From NCBI GenBank assembly GCA_946965045.2, contig OX337228.1, positions 5,952,001 to 6,016,000 of the forward strand: 64,000 bases of DNA, read 5' to 3'. Position numbers and translations under genes: made by a program. The notes below the pieces were generated by a model. It made no database searches. It saw only the letters and a program-made list of their open reading frames with translations, and was not told the origin of the DNA. Below, piece by piece: positions 46,744-57,345 of the stretch (the first letter of the stretch is position 1; the number at the start of each line of letters is the position of its first letter). This DNA is from Epithemia pelagica (Eukaryota; Protista; Bacillariophyta).

Positions 46744-46862
46744 TGCGGTAAACTAAAGTGGCTTCCTTTCCTACTCAATAAAGAGACAAAGCATGCTCTA
46801 AATAATATGACTATTCGTCCGTCGTCCGAAACCATTGATAAGCTTGCGCAAAGTAATAGATC

Positions 46863-49800
46863 CTAGACATCAAACTTGTCCGACACCTCTGAGCTATCCT
46901 CGCAGTCTTGAGGCTCAAACAGATGATCTGGTCGTGATCGAAACGGCTGGCCATGACGAATCTTCTTCAGAACTTCCCCGGCGTTTGTACAGTACTGTTC
47001 GTGTCCCAAGATGATGTCAGTCACATCAATATTCTCAACGCCACAGATTGCAACGGGACAAGTCCCGCAAACTGGCTTAAGTTTCAGTCTTTTGAACTGG
47101 AACATCAGGGAGAGGATCAGATCTTTCTGAGAAAAGCAATTTACTAACCGCCCCGATACAACCTGTCTGCACACTCTCCAAGAGGTCAGACTCATATGAT
47201 TAGGTAGCCCCATCAAAATTGCATCCTCCACCACACTAGCCGGCTCACGCATATTCCGCAACGATTCCCCGTTGTCTTCTTCCTCTTCGGTTTCAAGTTG
47301 TTCTGGGTTTAGAGCGCGGTACTCTTGGTAGTCGCACCACTTCTCTTGACACCTAGCTAGTTCTTTCAAACATGAATATATTGCTCTTGCTCCAAACGAA
47401 AAACCCACCAAAGTGACTGGGCGATGGCCAGCATTGCTGAAAAGAAGGCTCCTCGCCAATTCCCGTCCTGCTTCGTCCGCCCGTTCGACAGCAAGCGTCC
47501 ATGTCCCATCAATCATGTTTGCAGCGTTCACGAGAGCGTACGGCCAAGCAACTGCTGACATAAGCGCTGAAAGTGCCGTATGCTTGAGAATTTGTGCGGT
47601 TCCCCCACTCACAAGATCAAAGGCGAGGTCAGATACGGAATCACACAATTCTTTGAGAAGCTCACTTTCCCAACGAACTGTGTAGAGTTCACCACCATAG
47701 GTCGATTTGTAGTCCCACACCGTGGCAAGGTGTTTCGGAAGATCGCGGTCTTCCTCCCCGTCATCTGTAACATCTGAAGAAGCAAGGTCCATTGATACAC
47801 TTTCGAACCCTAGTGACGAGACAGTCGAACGAGCAGCAGTTGAAGACATTCCCACGTTGGCTGCACTTTGATCCCCGTTGAAAGTTTCAAGCGGTGGTGC
47901 TTCTTCGTCCTTTTCAAATGGTTGCGCATTGTTGTTTCTGCCATGACGACGATTCCACCCTGCTCGAAGTCGGTCAAGAGGAGCGCGCTTTCTGCTCTCT
48001 TCGGCAACATACCCAGCTGCAATAAGAAGTTGATCCAACACTTCACGTTGTTCTAGAGTGAGCAGCCCTACTTTCCGAGGCCCGTCAGGGAGAGGGAAGA
48101 GGTGGTCAGGGTCTGAACCATACTTCTGCTTAAGCAAAGACCAGAGCTGGTTCTCTTCTCCCTCCCAGCTCTTGAGTATTTTTTCGCTCTTGGGGATATT
48201 TTCCGGTCGATGGACTGCGTAAAATCGTTCGAGCAACTCAACAGGGTCAGATATCCATGGATTCGACGGCGAAACGCCCCATGGTCTTTGGAAATCACAA
48301 AAGTCCCGTAGCCACCCTGACAGAGCTATTGTGCTAAAGAGTTCGGCGTCGACAGCCTCTGATTCATCCCCGTTTGAAGCTGCCTCGACATTGGTTTCTT
48401 TGCGAAACTCGAATTCCGTAACCCCTTGAGTTCGTCTGTTCATCTTATAAGCAACCAAACCGCCACCACCAACTCCGAAAATGGCGGTTACTGCAGCAGT
48501 GCTGCTAAGGACCGCTGCAGTAGCTGCAGTCGCCGCGGTGCCACCAGCAATCGCAGCCAGCCCAGCTGCAATCCCAGGAGCAGCCAGACCACCAGTAACA
48601 GCAAACAGACTGCCTGCGGCAACTCCAACAGCACCAACTTTGAGCCCGCGCATGAGTTGCTGGCGTGTTATACCTTTAGGTGCCTCTTCCTCATTCTCTT
48701 GCTGAAGTCTCTGCCGTGTTCTCTGAGATTGTTGGTTCCGAGACAAGGTGATAATTCTCAAGGCAATCTCATGTTCAAGTGATTCAAATCTGCGAGTGGC
48801 CAAAGTGACCAAATCTGGACGATCTCTGTTTGGTAATTTGTCTACTTCCACCTGAGTAGGATCATTTTCCATATCATGCACCAAAAGAAGGACACCGAGT
48901 CTTTTCAAAGCGCTGCGAACACGGGCATCGTAACCATCCTTGCTATGCAAAAGATGTTGAAGCATGACCAGTGCGAGACATCGGAAACCACCACCATATG
49001 TCATCGAATCCAAAAACGGTCGCAAATGATCAATGTCATCGACTTCTCTATCAATAATTTCATGCACTTGGGAGGAGAAGTCGTCAACAGGTGACTCTGA
49101 GATCTGGTATAAAATCTTTTGAGAGGGGCTATCTTCTTGTCCTTCTGACTCTGTAGAAACCGAAGATCTTGTTGATGTTCTGGGCTTTCCTCCCCACAAC
49201 TTAGAAGAGGATTTGCTGACTCTAGACGACCCCGAAAATCGTAGTTCATCGGTTTTCGTTGCCGGTCTAGGCACGAGAAGCTTCGTCAGCATTGGCTGGA
49301 ACGCTTTTGCCTGTCCCTTTTCAAGCATTAAATACCCAGAGCAGTCCATGAGGAATTTTGAGAGGACGTTATATCGGCGCTTGCGATGCCTCGCTCGGGC
49401 CATTCTGAGTCTGTGTAGTTCTTTCGATGTCTTGGATGACGACATACGTAAGGAACTACTCGGTGGTGCTCTGCTGATTGACGAGGATGCGGACAGCATG
49501 CTCTCGAAAGCAACATCTGCTTCTGAATAATCAAAGCTGTCCGTAATGGTTTGAGTTATGGCTCGATCATCTTCTTCATCTGGGTTCCAGTCCTCCTCGG
49601 TAGCTTCCATAAAGGCAACGTTTTCTGCTTTCACAGCCTCTGACATATCGTCATATTCATCCGCGATATCGTAATTGTACGAAGAAGCTAGGATTGCAGC
49701 AAGACATCCCTAGCAAAGTCAAAGAAGAAAACATGCGTTAAGATGAAAGCTTCATGGTAGCTTCTTTCAAATGAACCACAGAGCGGACTTACGATGAATC

Positions 49801-50170
49801 TTTTCCTGTCTTGTTCATCCGGCATGGCAGGAATCGGCTTTGTTTCGAGTGACTGGAGTGTAGGAACAGGCTTGGATGAAGCTGAAGACGCATATTCACT
49901 GCCGTCCTCGGACAGGGGAGTAGAGTTGGGAGACGTTCCATCCAAGACAGACCGGGCAGCAGACTGGATCAACATATTTGTGTGGGCATTACTTGAAGCA
50001 ACCTGACTCCGACTGGAGCTAGTTGACGATGATAATCGGGTTCGTCCAAGTCGACGAGGAGTCCTGAAGGAAAACCTTCCAGTCCCAGCAGGGTTGTTGC
50101 TGTCTGTGTCTGTTCTTTCTTCATGCGACCTGCTGAAATGTTGCTGTTCTCTACTGCTTCGCTTCACCAT
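46863..50170 (-). CDS. DUF726/TMCO4-like alpha/beta-hydrolase-fold membrane protein; 2 exons
   Basis: Intron 49710-49792 joins KRFI|GCLAAILAS in frame to the 927-aa ORF. Motifs TGGLAAP, RRTQGVTEFEF, WESELL, RPVTLVGFSFGARAI and VSGRLVNCFSQKDLIL. Confidence 0.85.
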
Positions 50171-50644
50171 GGTTCCGTTCGCCTTGCAGTGACTAGATCG
50201 ACAAAAGGCGATCCTCTTCTGATGTGGTAATGAATACGACTTCAAGTATTCTGGGTATTCATCGCCATGGCGCGTTTGTTTCCCATCGTAGATTTGCGTT
50301 TTCGTTTTCGATGTCGACCATGGACGAAAAGACACATAAGCCCACCAAAGCATCAAGTAGCAAGGATAATAGCTACTCCTATTATCGTAGGGTCCTCTAG
50401 CTACGTCTACTTCCGGCCGAGCGCCCTGCAAAATGCCAGTCCACCATTTCCACCATTTGATAGGCATTGATCCATCTTACAAAAAAATATTGCACTTTGA
50501 GGCTAACAAGACATGTAGGATCTGTTTCGTGGGTCACCAAGCAGGGCGAAAGCTTACCCGCTGGCGCTTGAACGGCAGTTCCCCCTGGTTGATTTCATTG
50601 AGCCGTAAAGATCCCGATCTCGTACTCACGTCTCTTATCATGCC

Positions 50645-53600
50645 CTAGCGTCGACGTTTCTTCGAGCCACTTTGTCTAGGCTTTCGAGCTTCACTCTCAT
50701 CGACAGCATCGTCCATACGTCGTTTGCGTCTGTCGTCCTCTCGAGCTTGCTCTTCCATCTCGTCCCAGTCCAAACCCTCCTCTTCCAAATCTTCTTCACC
50801 GTCAAAATCATCATCTTCCTCATCACCAATTGAGTCAAAATCTTCCTCATCGTCTTCCTCTTCTTCATCCTCATCCGCCCCACCGTCATCACCAAACTCT
50901 GAGTCATCTTCGTCTTCATCATCATCGTCGTCGTCATCCTTCCCAAACATACGGAGAAACTCCCAGCCAGCCTCTTTTTCCGTGACTTCGTCATCTTCGG
51001 TATTCATATAAAAGCGTTCATCATCCTTAACAGTATTGATAATCTGTTTCCAATTCAGGTTCATGGGGCCTTCCGTGTACGTGATTTCCATGTCCGTCAA
51101 CCACTCTTGTATTGCGTCTTTATCACCATTTGGGATCATATCAACGCGCCACGGTGGTTTACTGAAGTCTTTGTTCACAAGAACTATATCGAACGCTTTA
51201 CTCATGTATGTCACACGTTCAAAATGTACATGATCAACTTCATCGAGATCAACAACGAAGAAGGGAGTCTCCGTTAAGTTCACAAGGCAGTTGAGGGTTG
51301 GCGAGATTGAAACCATTTCCTTGTGTGGATTTCCCGTGAACGACAAGTCTTTGTAGGGAATATCGAACTTGAAAATGGTTTTCAAAAGGCAGCATGAGAG
51401 AATGAACCAAGGACAACATTACTTTGAAACAGACCACAATGGCTTACCTCCAAGTGATAGTTGTTCTTTTTCGCAACTGCATCGACTTTCTTGCAGAAAT
51501 CCCGAAAAGCACCATTTAGCTTTTTCCGTAGCTGTCTTTCGCGTTGTTCGTCATCCATTTCATCGGGATCGTACATACTTCTCCGAGCATTATCGACAGC
51601 TTGACTCGCATCAATGACTTCCGTGAAGAACTGTACATCAAGACGCTTTACCTTTCCAATCATGATTGGATTTTTGAGGTGGAAATGTACAAGCACCATG
51701 ATTTCATTTTCACATGGCTGATATATTGCGTACTTGATGTTCGCATACATGATATCAACTACTTCATTTCGCGTGGATATGAATCTGAGCCCGTTGGAAT
51801 GTGCTTCCAAACTTCCTTGTGTCTTTCGAGCAGAGACAACAGGCCGCATTGTCAAGTCGGACAATCGAGGAACCCTTTCGTTTCGTGTACGGACAAGTTT
51901 CTCTTGTTCCACCAGGTCAGCTTCTTCTTGTTCGCGAATCTCTCGAGCACGGGCTCTTCGTCTCAGCTCCGAGATTTGACGAAAAGCCAACGTAAGGTTT
52001 TGGCTCTGTAGGCTTCGAAACGTCATTTCTCGGATAAAAGAAGCGTATGGAGCATACTTCTGAACCAACTTTACCATGTTGTTCGGCGCATCCTTTCCTA
52101 ATGCCACCCCAGTGGTATAGAAATTGATACGTAACAATGTAGCGTTATCCGCCTCTGGCATCACCACGTTCTTGATCGTTGAAATGTGAAAAGGAACGGG
52201 AATTCCACTGATTGGAAGGAAAACACAGTGGTTCGCCATGTCGACTTTAACCTAGAATCGCAAAAACCAATGTTAGAACAACACAGTTAGCATTCACCAA
52301 TGAAGTGGTTTTGGACTGACCTGATTAGGTTGAGGATCTGGATAATCCCTTGTTCTCTTGTAAGCCTCAAGTTCTTCCGCCTGGTTTTCCTCATCACCAT
52401 CCTTTTTGTTTCGATTAGCACGTGCGAGTTCCTTTACACGCTCTTCATTACGCCGACGCATCAAAAGGATTTGTTTCCGTTCCCGTTCGGCGACACCTTC
52501 CTGCGTCTCTTTGATGGCATCGGCATCTCGTGCTAATCTCGACGATGTCCGGGTCCCTGCTTTCCCTTGGGACTCCTTGGCAAGCTTTCGAGCCAGTGCA
52601 GCGTCCCCTTTCGGTGCAGAGGGCGCGTCATCGTCGTCTTCAGAGTCATCATCATCATCACCTTCTTCATCATTGATCTTGTATGCTACATCGGTCAGGT
52701 TCTTGGCCATCTTCGTTAAAACTTCTCCGCCGGCCTTGGTGATTGCCACCATGTCAGAAACCATGAGGCCATATGTTGAAAGCTTTTTCACCTGTACTCC
52801 AAGAATGAGTTTGCTTGTGATTCCTTGCCGAGACCAACCATACAAAACTTTTTCATTTACGTACCGGACTTTTCTCCGAACATGAAGCCCGGTCTGAATC
52901 AGAGAGTTTAAGGTTTTGAAATCCTACAGAGAGACAGAACACCATCCCCTCCCGTATCGTTGCCGAGTTTTTCTGCGATAAGATGAAATTTGAGTCTCGG
53001 AAATCCAGACCAGTGGCAAAACCAAGATTTTTGGGAAGATTCTCTACGAGCTTTGCATCTCGTTCTTTAAGAAAGTCTACGGCCGCTCTATAAACTGATT
53101 TCGCGGGATTCCCTGGCTTCAAAGCCGTGAGGCACACTTCGTGCATTTCAAGAAGCAATTCATAGCTTTCCGATACCTTCTTTGGAGGATCTACCAAGTA
53201 CGTGCGTCCGATGTTACTGCAGTAGTTTCGATAGCGGGCCCCAAGTGATACCAAAATGATATCATGTGAAAGATTGTCTGTGGTGGATTGAGCAGATGCT
53301 TTCAGGTCGTATGTTCCACCCGACTGGATAATTGGGTAATAGCACGACTGTACGTCGTCACTGGCAACCTTGAGTCCAATCTTGGTTGGGTTCTCCAGGA
53401 TTTCCTCGACAACCTGAGCCAATTCCTCATGAGTAATGGCCTTTTCCGAATCGATGATTTCTTCCATCTTCTTAATGTAACCATGCTTCATAATTTTGTT
53501 GGATAGGATGCTGGATCGCTTCAGGAGCTCAAGTTCTGACTCATCCTTGATGCTCATAGCAAACGACAAGCCAGGGGCAGCATCCACTAGCGTAACTTCT

Positions 53601-54276
53601 TTGGCTTCTTGAGCTTCCGTCAGTTTCGCTTCCCATGGACCCAATAGTCCTCCACCAGAAACATTCATTTCTCGTTCTTTCAAAATTACGCCTAGTATGC
53701 AGTCCTCCTTCCCTAACCCTGAAGCTTTCGACAATGTCTCATAGTTTTCAGCATTGCTATCTTCTTTGTTTCGAAGCAATAAATGCATATTTTTGATGGG
53801 CGACTGCTTAGGAATGTTTTCTGACGCCTCCTTCATGAAATCACACTTCTTCTTTGTCGCTAACATGTAAAATTCCCCTTCTCTAGTCAAAAGAATCACT
53901 GTATCGGGTAGTTCGTAGCCAAAGATCCATTGATGGAGCAGAACGGATTTCTGATAGCTGCTTTCATCATCTACGGGGCCTCTGTTCAAACAAAGAGAGT
54001 TTGCTGATGCCCATACTTTGGCACTAGAGAAGAAGATGCATGAGAGAAGAGTCTCTGGCACGACGACAACTACGGGTCAAAAAATGACACACACACACAT
54101 ATCACATATCGGCAGGGCAGAACATTGATAGATCCAAAGACTTGTCGCACAGGGACACAAAAGTAACATTGAACCAAACAAGGGCATCATGCCAGTACTT
54201 ACTTGTGCTTGACGAAATGCGAGTGGAGTTTGTCCAATCTCGAGAAGAAACGATTAATATCAAGCCGCTCCGCCAT
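50645..54276 (-). CDS. SPT16: FACT complex subunit SPT16; 5 exons
   Basis: Introns 54024-54202, 52792-52864, 52252-52320 and 51368-51447 join all ORFs. Motifs LHQWIFGYELPDT, YYPIIQSGG, LGARYRNYCSNIGRT, VPFHISTIKN, LEAHSNGLRF, VHFERV and LDWDEMEEQA. Confidence 0.96.
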
Positions 54277-54327
54277 TTCAATGACGGTTTGTTGGATGCA
54301 GAATAATGGCACGAGGACCGAGGACGA

Positions 54328-54358
54328 CCCCCCAACCCCAAACCCAAACCCCAAACCC
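54328..54358 (-). other. G-quadruplex-forming motif (five G-tracts on the minus strand; C-rich i-motif on the plus strand)
   Basis: Plus strand C6-AA-C4-AAA-C3-AAA-C4-AAA-C3, 52-82 bp upstream of the SPT16 ATG. Confidence 0.6.
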
Positions 54359-54471
54359 GATCATGAGAGTCTGTAAGGCATCAGTTGGTCGCGTTAGGAT
54401 CGCTTTACAATCAGAACAGAATAAGAAAAGTGGTGACATTCGCAACCGTGCGATTTGGGTCTGCCATCACC

Positions 54472-54813
54472 ATGATGCTTTCATTTGCAAGCTCTGGGAG
54501 AAAAAGTGCGGAGGCTTTCCTCTTTCAGAAGCGATGGCATTGGCAAATGACTCTTCCCAGCAAATGGGACCCAGAAACGCAGCGATATGTGTATGATGAT
54601 TGGCGCAACCATATCAGGAATATACGTCTTCCTGTCTTGGGAAACGGAAAGTCAATTCTTCGACGAGAGCTAAGGAAGACAAGGCATTTGAAAGACAGCA
54701 AGATCAGGAATATGAAGAAAGAAGGCAAGGAATTTTACCAGAAGATGCGAATTATTGATGATTTACAAAGATTCATCAAGTTCACTAATCCTAAAGTGAA
54801 CAAGAAAGACTAG
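54472..54813 (+). CDS. Small basic hypothetical protein (start uncertain)
   Basis: The frame is open from 54385 to 54813 with Trp/Lys/Arg-rich, protein-like content. First in-frame ATG is at 54472. Confidence 0.35.
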   Translation: MMLSFASSGRKSAEAFLFQKRWHWQMTLPSKWDPETQRYVYDDWRNHIRNIRLPVLGNGKSILRRELRKTRHLKDSKIRNMKKEGKEFYQKMRIIDDLQRFIKFTNPKVNKKD

Positions 54814-55169
54814 TCAACGGCGAGCTTTCGATCTACCTAGTCGAACGACTTTCATTGGAGGCGGTAGAATGAGGCTGCTACGATTTCGTTTTAAGCTTAG
54901 GAGTGTTCGTAGATGAATACTTAGATGCGAAAACAATTCGAAAAGTAGAACTTTAGATTCAATAGGTAGAACTAAATGGCCTACATTTCCCAGTAGACCG
55001 GCTTTCTTAGGAGAATGGCTTCATACGAATTGTCCGTACGGATTCCGAACTTGGTTTCGAATGGCTGTTGGTAATACGACTGTGGTACAATCGTTAATTA
55101 AAAGTGCTAGAATACAGTGCCGCTAGCCACTCGGTCGGAGATAACAGTTCTTAAAATTGTCCCAGAACC

Positions 55170-56498
55170 TTAGCTTTGTTGCAACCAGTCTCCTTCTTGA
55201 AACAGTCGAATGCATTGGGCATGTAGATCGTCATCAATGCAGGCAACCACACCATCCATGTTTTCAAACTCATCACGAGATTTGGAATAATCCATATCAT
55301 TACCGAATTTATCGGTAAGTTTCCCTCCAAGTGACCTTAACAAAGCGTCGGGAGCAGCAACATCCCATAATGATGTGCCTGGTTTGGGATAGAACCAAAT
55401 AGCTTCGTTGTTTTTCTGAAGAATCAGCCGGAGAGATTTTTCTCCTGCCCCACTGATGAGTAATGGATCGGGGTAGACGAGCCCCTGCTCACCCAGGTGA
55501 ACGCAAAAGTCATGGACAATGCCTTGTGATCGGGAACTTGAAATAACGGCCCGTGGTAGATCCTCTTTTACCACTGATTGTCCATCGACACTTCTCGCAA
55601 TTGGAGTGGGAACGACTTGTCTGCCACCAGCAACATACACGCCATTAATGAGCTCGCCTCCGTATAGGGTGGCACAAGAGGTATCGAGTATCGACAGCAG
55701 ATTGGAGTATCCAAAAGGCTTTCCAATCACTCCGAACACAGGCTTATTGTCCAACACTATTCCGATAAGAATGGATACGGCATCGTATTCTCCTTGTGCG
55801 TACGATTTTGTTCCGTCCAATGGATCCACAACGACACACACACGAGAAGCATCAACAATAACGGGAATTTCGTACTGCGTAGACTTTTCTGAGGCGTCCA
55901 TCACTGCCACTTCTTCAATAGGGTCACATTTCTGACCATTTGCTAGTGGCAGGTCGTCATAACTGCTATCTGAAACTTCAGGCGTTCTCCACGTACGCCG
56001 AATATTCAGTTCTTTCTTTGTCCTCGAGAAGATGTCTGGATCTAGGAATGAATATTCACGGGAGATCTTCCTCATTTCTTCCTCTGACTCTTCTCCTACA
56101 ATCTTGATTGTTCTGGAGACTGTCCTCAAAGCTTTGACAATTATAAACTGAGCGGCAATGTCTGCATCTGTAACAAAAGAGCCATCGGTCTTGGTCCGTG
56201 TATTTTTGCCATCCTCATCATCTGGATCAGCAATCTTCATAATTGCTCTCGAGGCTGAGACAGTGCATGCCACAGCTGCTGCTGCGAGATCCATCAAGTT
56301 AACAGTAGAATCATCAGATCCTGAAGCAGATTCCGCAGAGGACGAAGCAATTGGCTTCGTTGACGACAAAGCCATTGTCGTGAAGTCTAGACGACGGAAT
56401 GCTCCGTAATCAGTCGGCCTTGTTAGAGATGAAGCAACTCGTGTATTCCAGCAGAGAAGTGTGGCTGTTATCTTACGCCACCTGATCGAAGAGCGCAT
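55170..56498 (-). CDS. Inositol monophosphatase-family phosphatase, 3'(2'),5'-bisphosphate nucleotidase (BPNT1/IMPAD1)-like
   Basis: FVTDADIAAQ, VGEES, VDPLDGT, GAGEK and WDVAAPDALLRSLGGKLTD; N-terminal targeting-like extension. Confidence 0.88.
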   Translation of the reverse strand: MRSSIRWRKITATLLCWNTRVASSLTRPTDYGAFRRLDFTTMALSSTKPIASSSAESASGSDDSTVNLMDLAAAAVACTVSASRAIMKIADPDDEDGKNTRTKTDGSFVTDADIAAQFIIVKALRTVSRTIKIVGEESEEEMRKISREYSFLDPDIFSRTKKELNIRRTWRTPEVSDSSYDDLPLANGQKCDPIEEVAVMDASEKSTQYEIPVIVDASRVCVVVDPLDGTKSYAQGEYDAVSILIGIVLDNKPVFGVIGKPFGYSNLLSILDTSCATLYGGELINGVYVAGGRQVVPTPIARSVDGQSVVKEDLPRAVISSSRSQGIVHDFCVHLGEQGLVYPDPLLISGAGEKSLRLILQKNNEAIWFYPKPGTSLWDVAAPDALLRSLGGKLTDKFGNDMDYSKSRDEFENMDGVVACIDDDLHAQCIRLFQEGDWLQQS

Positions 56499-57345
56499 GT
56501 ATAGCTCAGAGTTCAGAGGCCCGATGAAGCCAACTTTCTGAAGGCCAAAAATCGTGATACACTCTGTGGAGAGCTCTGCGAAGTGTCGATAACAACCACT
56601 TCTTTCTTGCGATTTCAGAATGAAAACCGATCAAATGATTCTTGGTTGGACTCCTTGTCCACTGATGATTACTCGTGGTTTGAAATCTCTTTCGACAGCC
56701 GACTGAACAATTGACTCCAATGGAAGCAGCATTATCACTAAAAAAGCGGGAAAGCTTTGAGTAGATAGGTAAGGTTGCCCTCATAGACTTGCGCGCTGGC
56801 GAGTGGTCTTCTGAGTAAAAGCGATCACGGCATACGACAACGCAAGCGAGCACTTTTGCAGGAAAATCCTATGTCGGACTGTGATTGGTCTAGAACTTCA
56901 TAAGTACTATCGGAGTTGTGAGCCACTGAACGCGCCGGCATACGATGCACGACTTAAAATAGAATTCGGCGGCATGGGTGCTCTCACAATTTCGTTTCAT
57001 GACAGCCATGTTTCCAATTTACAAGTTAGAGGTGTAGTTCAAGAGTATGCTCCAGAAGCAGGAAATCAACCTCAACTCCAGACAAGTAGACACTCGCTCT
57101 GCAAGCCAACAAAGGATTGCTCTATCCTACCGCAATCTGGCCTGTCCAATCGATATCAAATTATGGCTAGAAAGGAGTACATATATACATTTCAATTACT
57201 GGTCCAATATAGATGGATCTGTATGATTATCATGAATTTTCCGATTCTATCTTTTTCCTGGCAGTCAACGTACGTCTTTCAGTAAGATCCTTGGACGGGC
57301 GGAAAGAATCTTCTATCGGAACACAAAAGCTCAACACGGACTCGC

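Noticed and set aside
50171-50467. Upstream in-frame extension of the DUF726 first exon (MPIKWWKW...)
   Set aside because: It overlaps TAG-rich intergenic-type sequence including the CTACTCCTA motif; the ATG at 50170 is the more plausible start.
50645-51010. GAT/GAC/GAA-rich low-complexity repeat and Ser-rich antisense ORF
   Set aside because: This is the normal acidic C-terminal tail of SPT16.
56881-57285. 134-aa plus-strand ORF in the spacer
   Set aside because: Non-ATG start, no motifs and no supporting splice structure.
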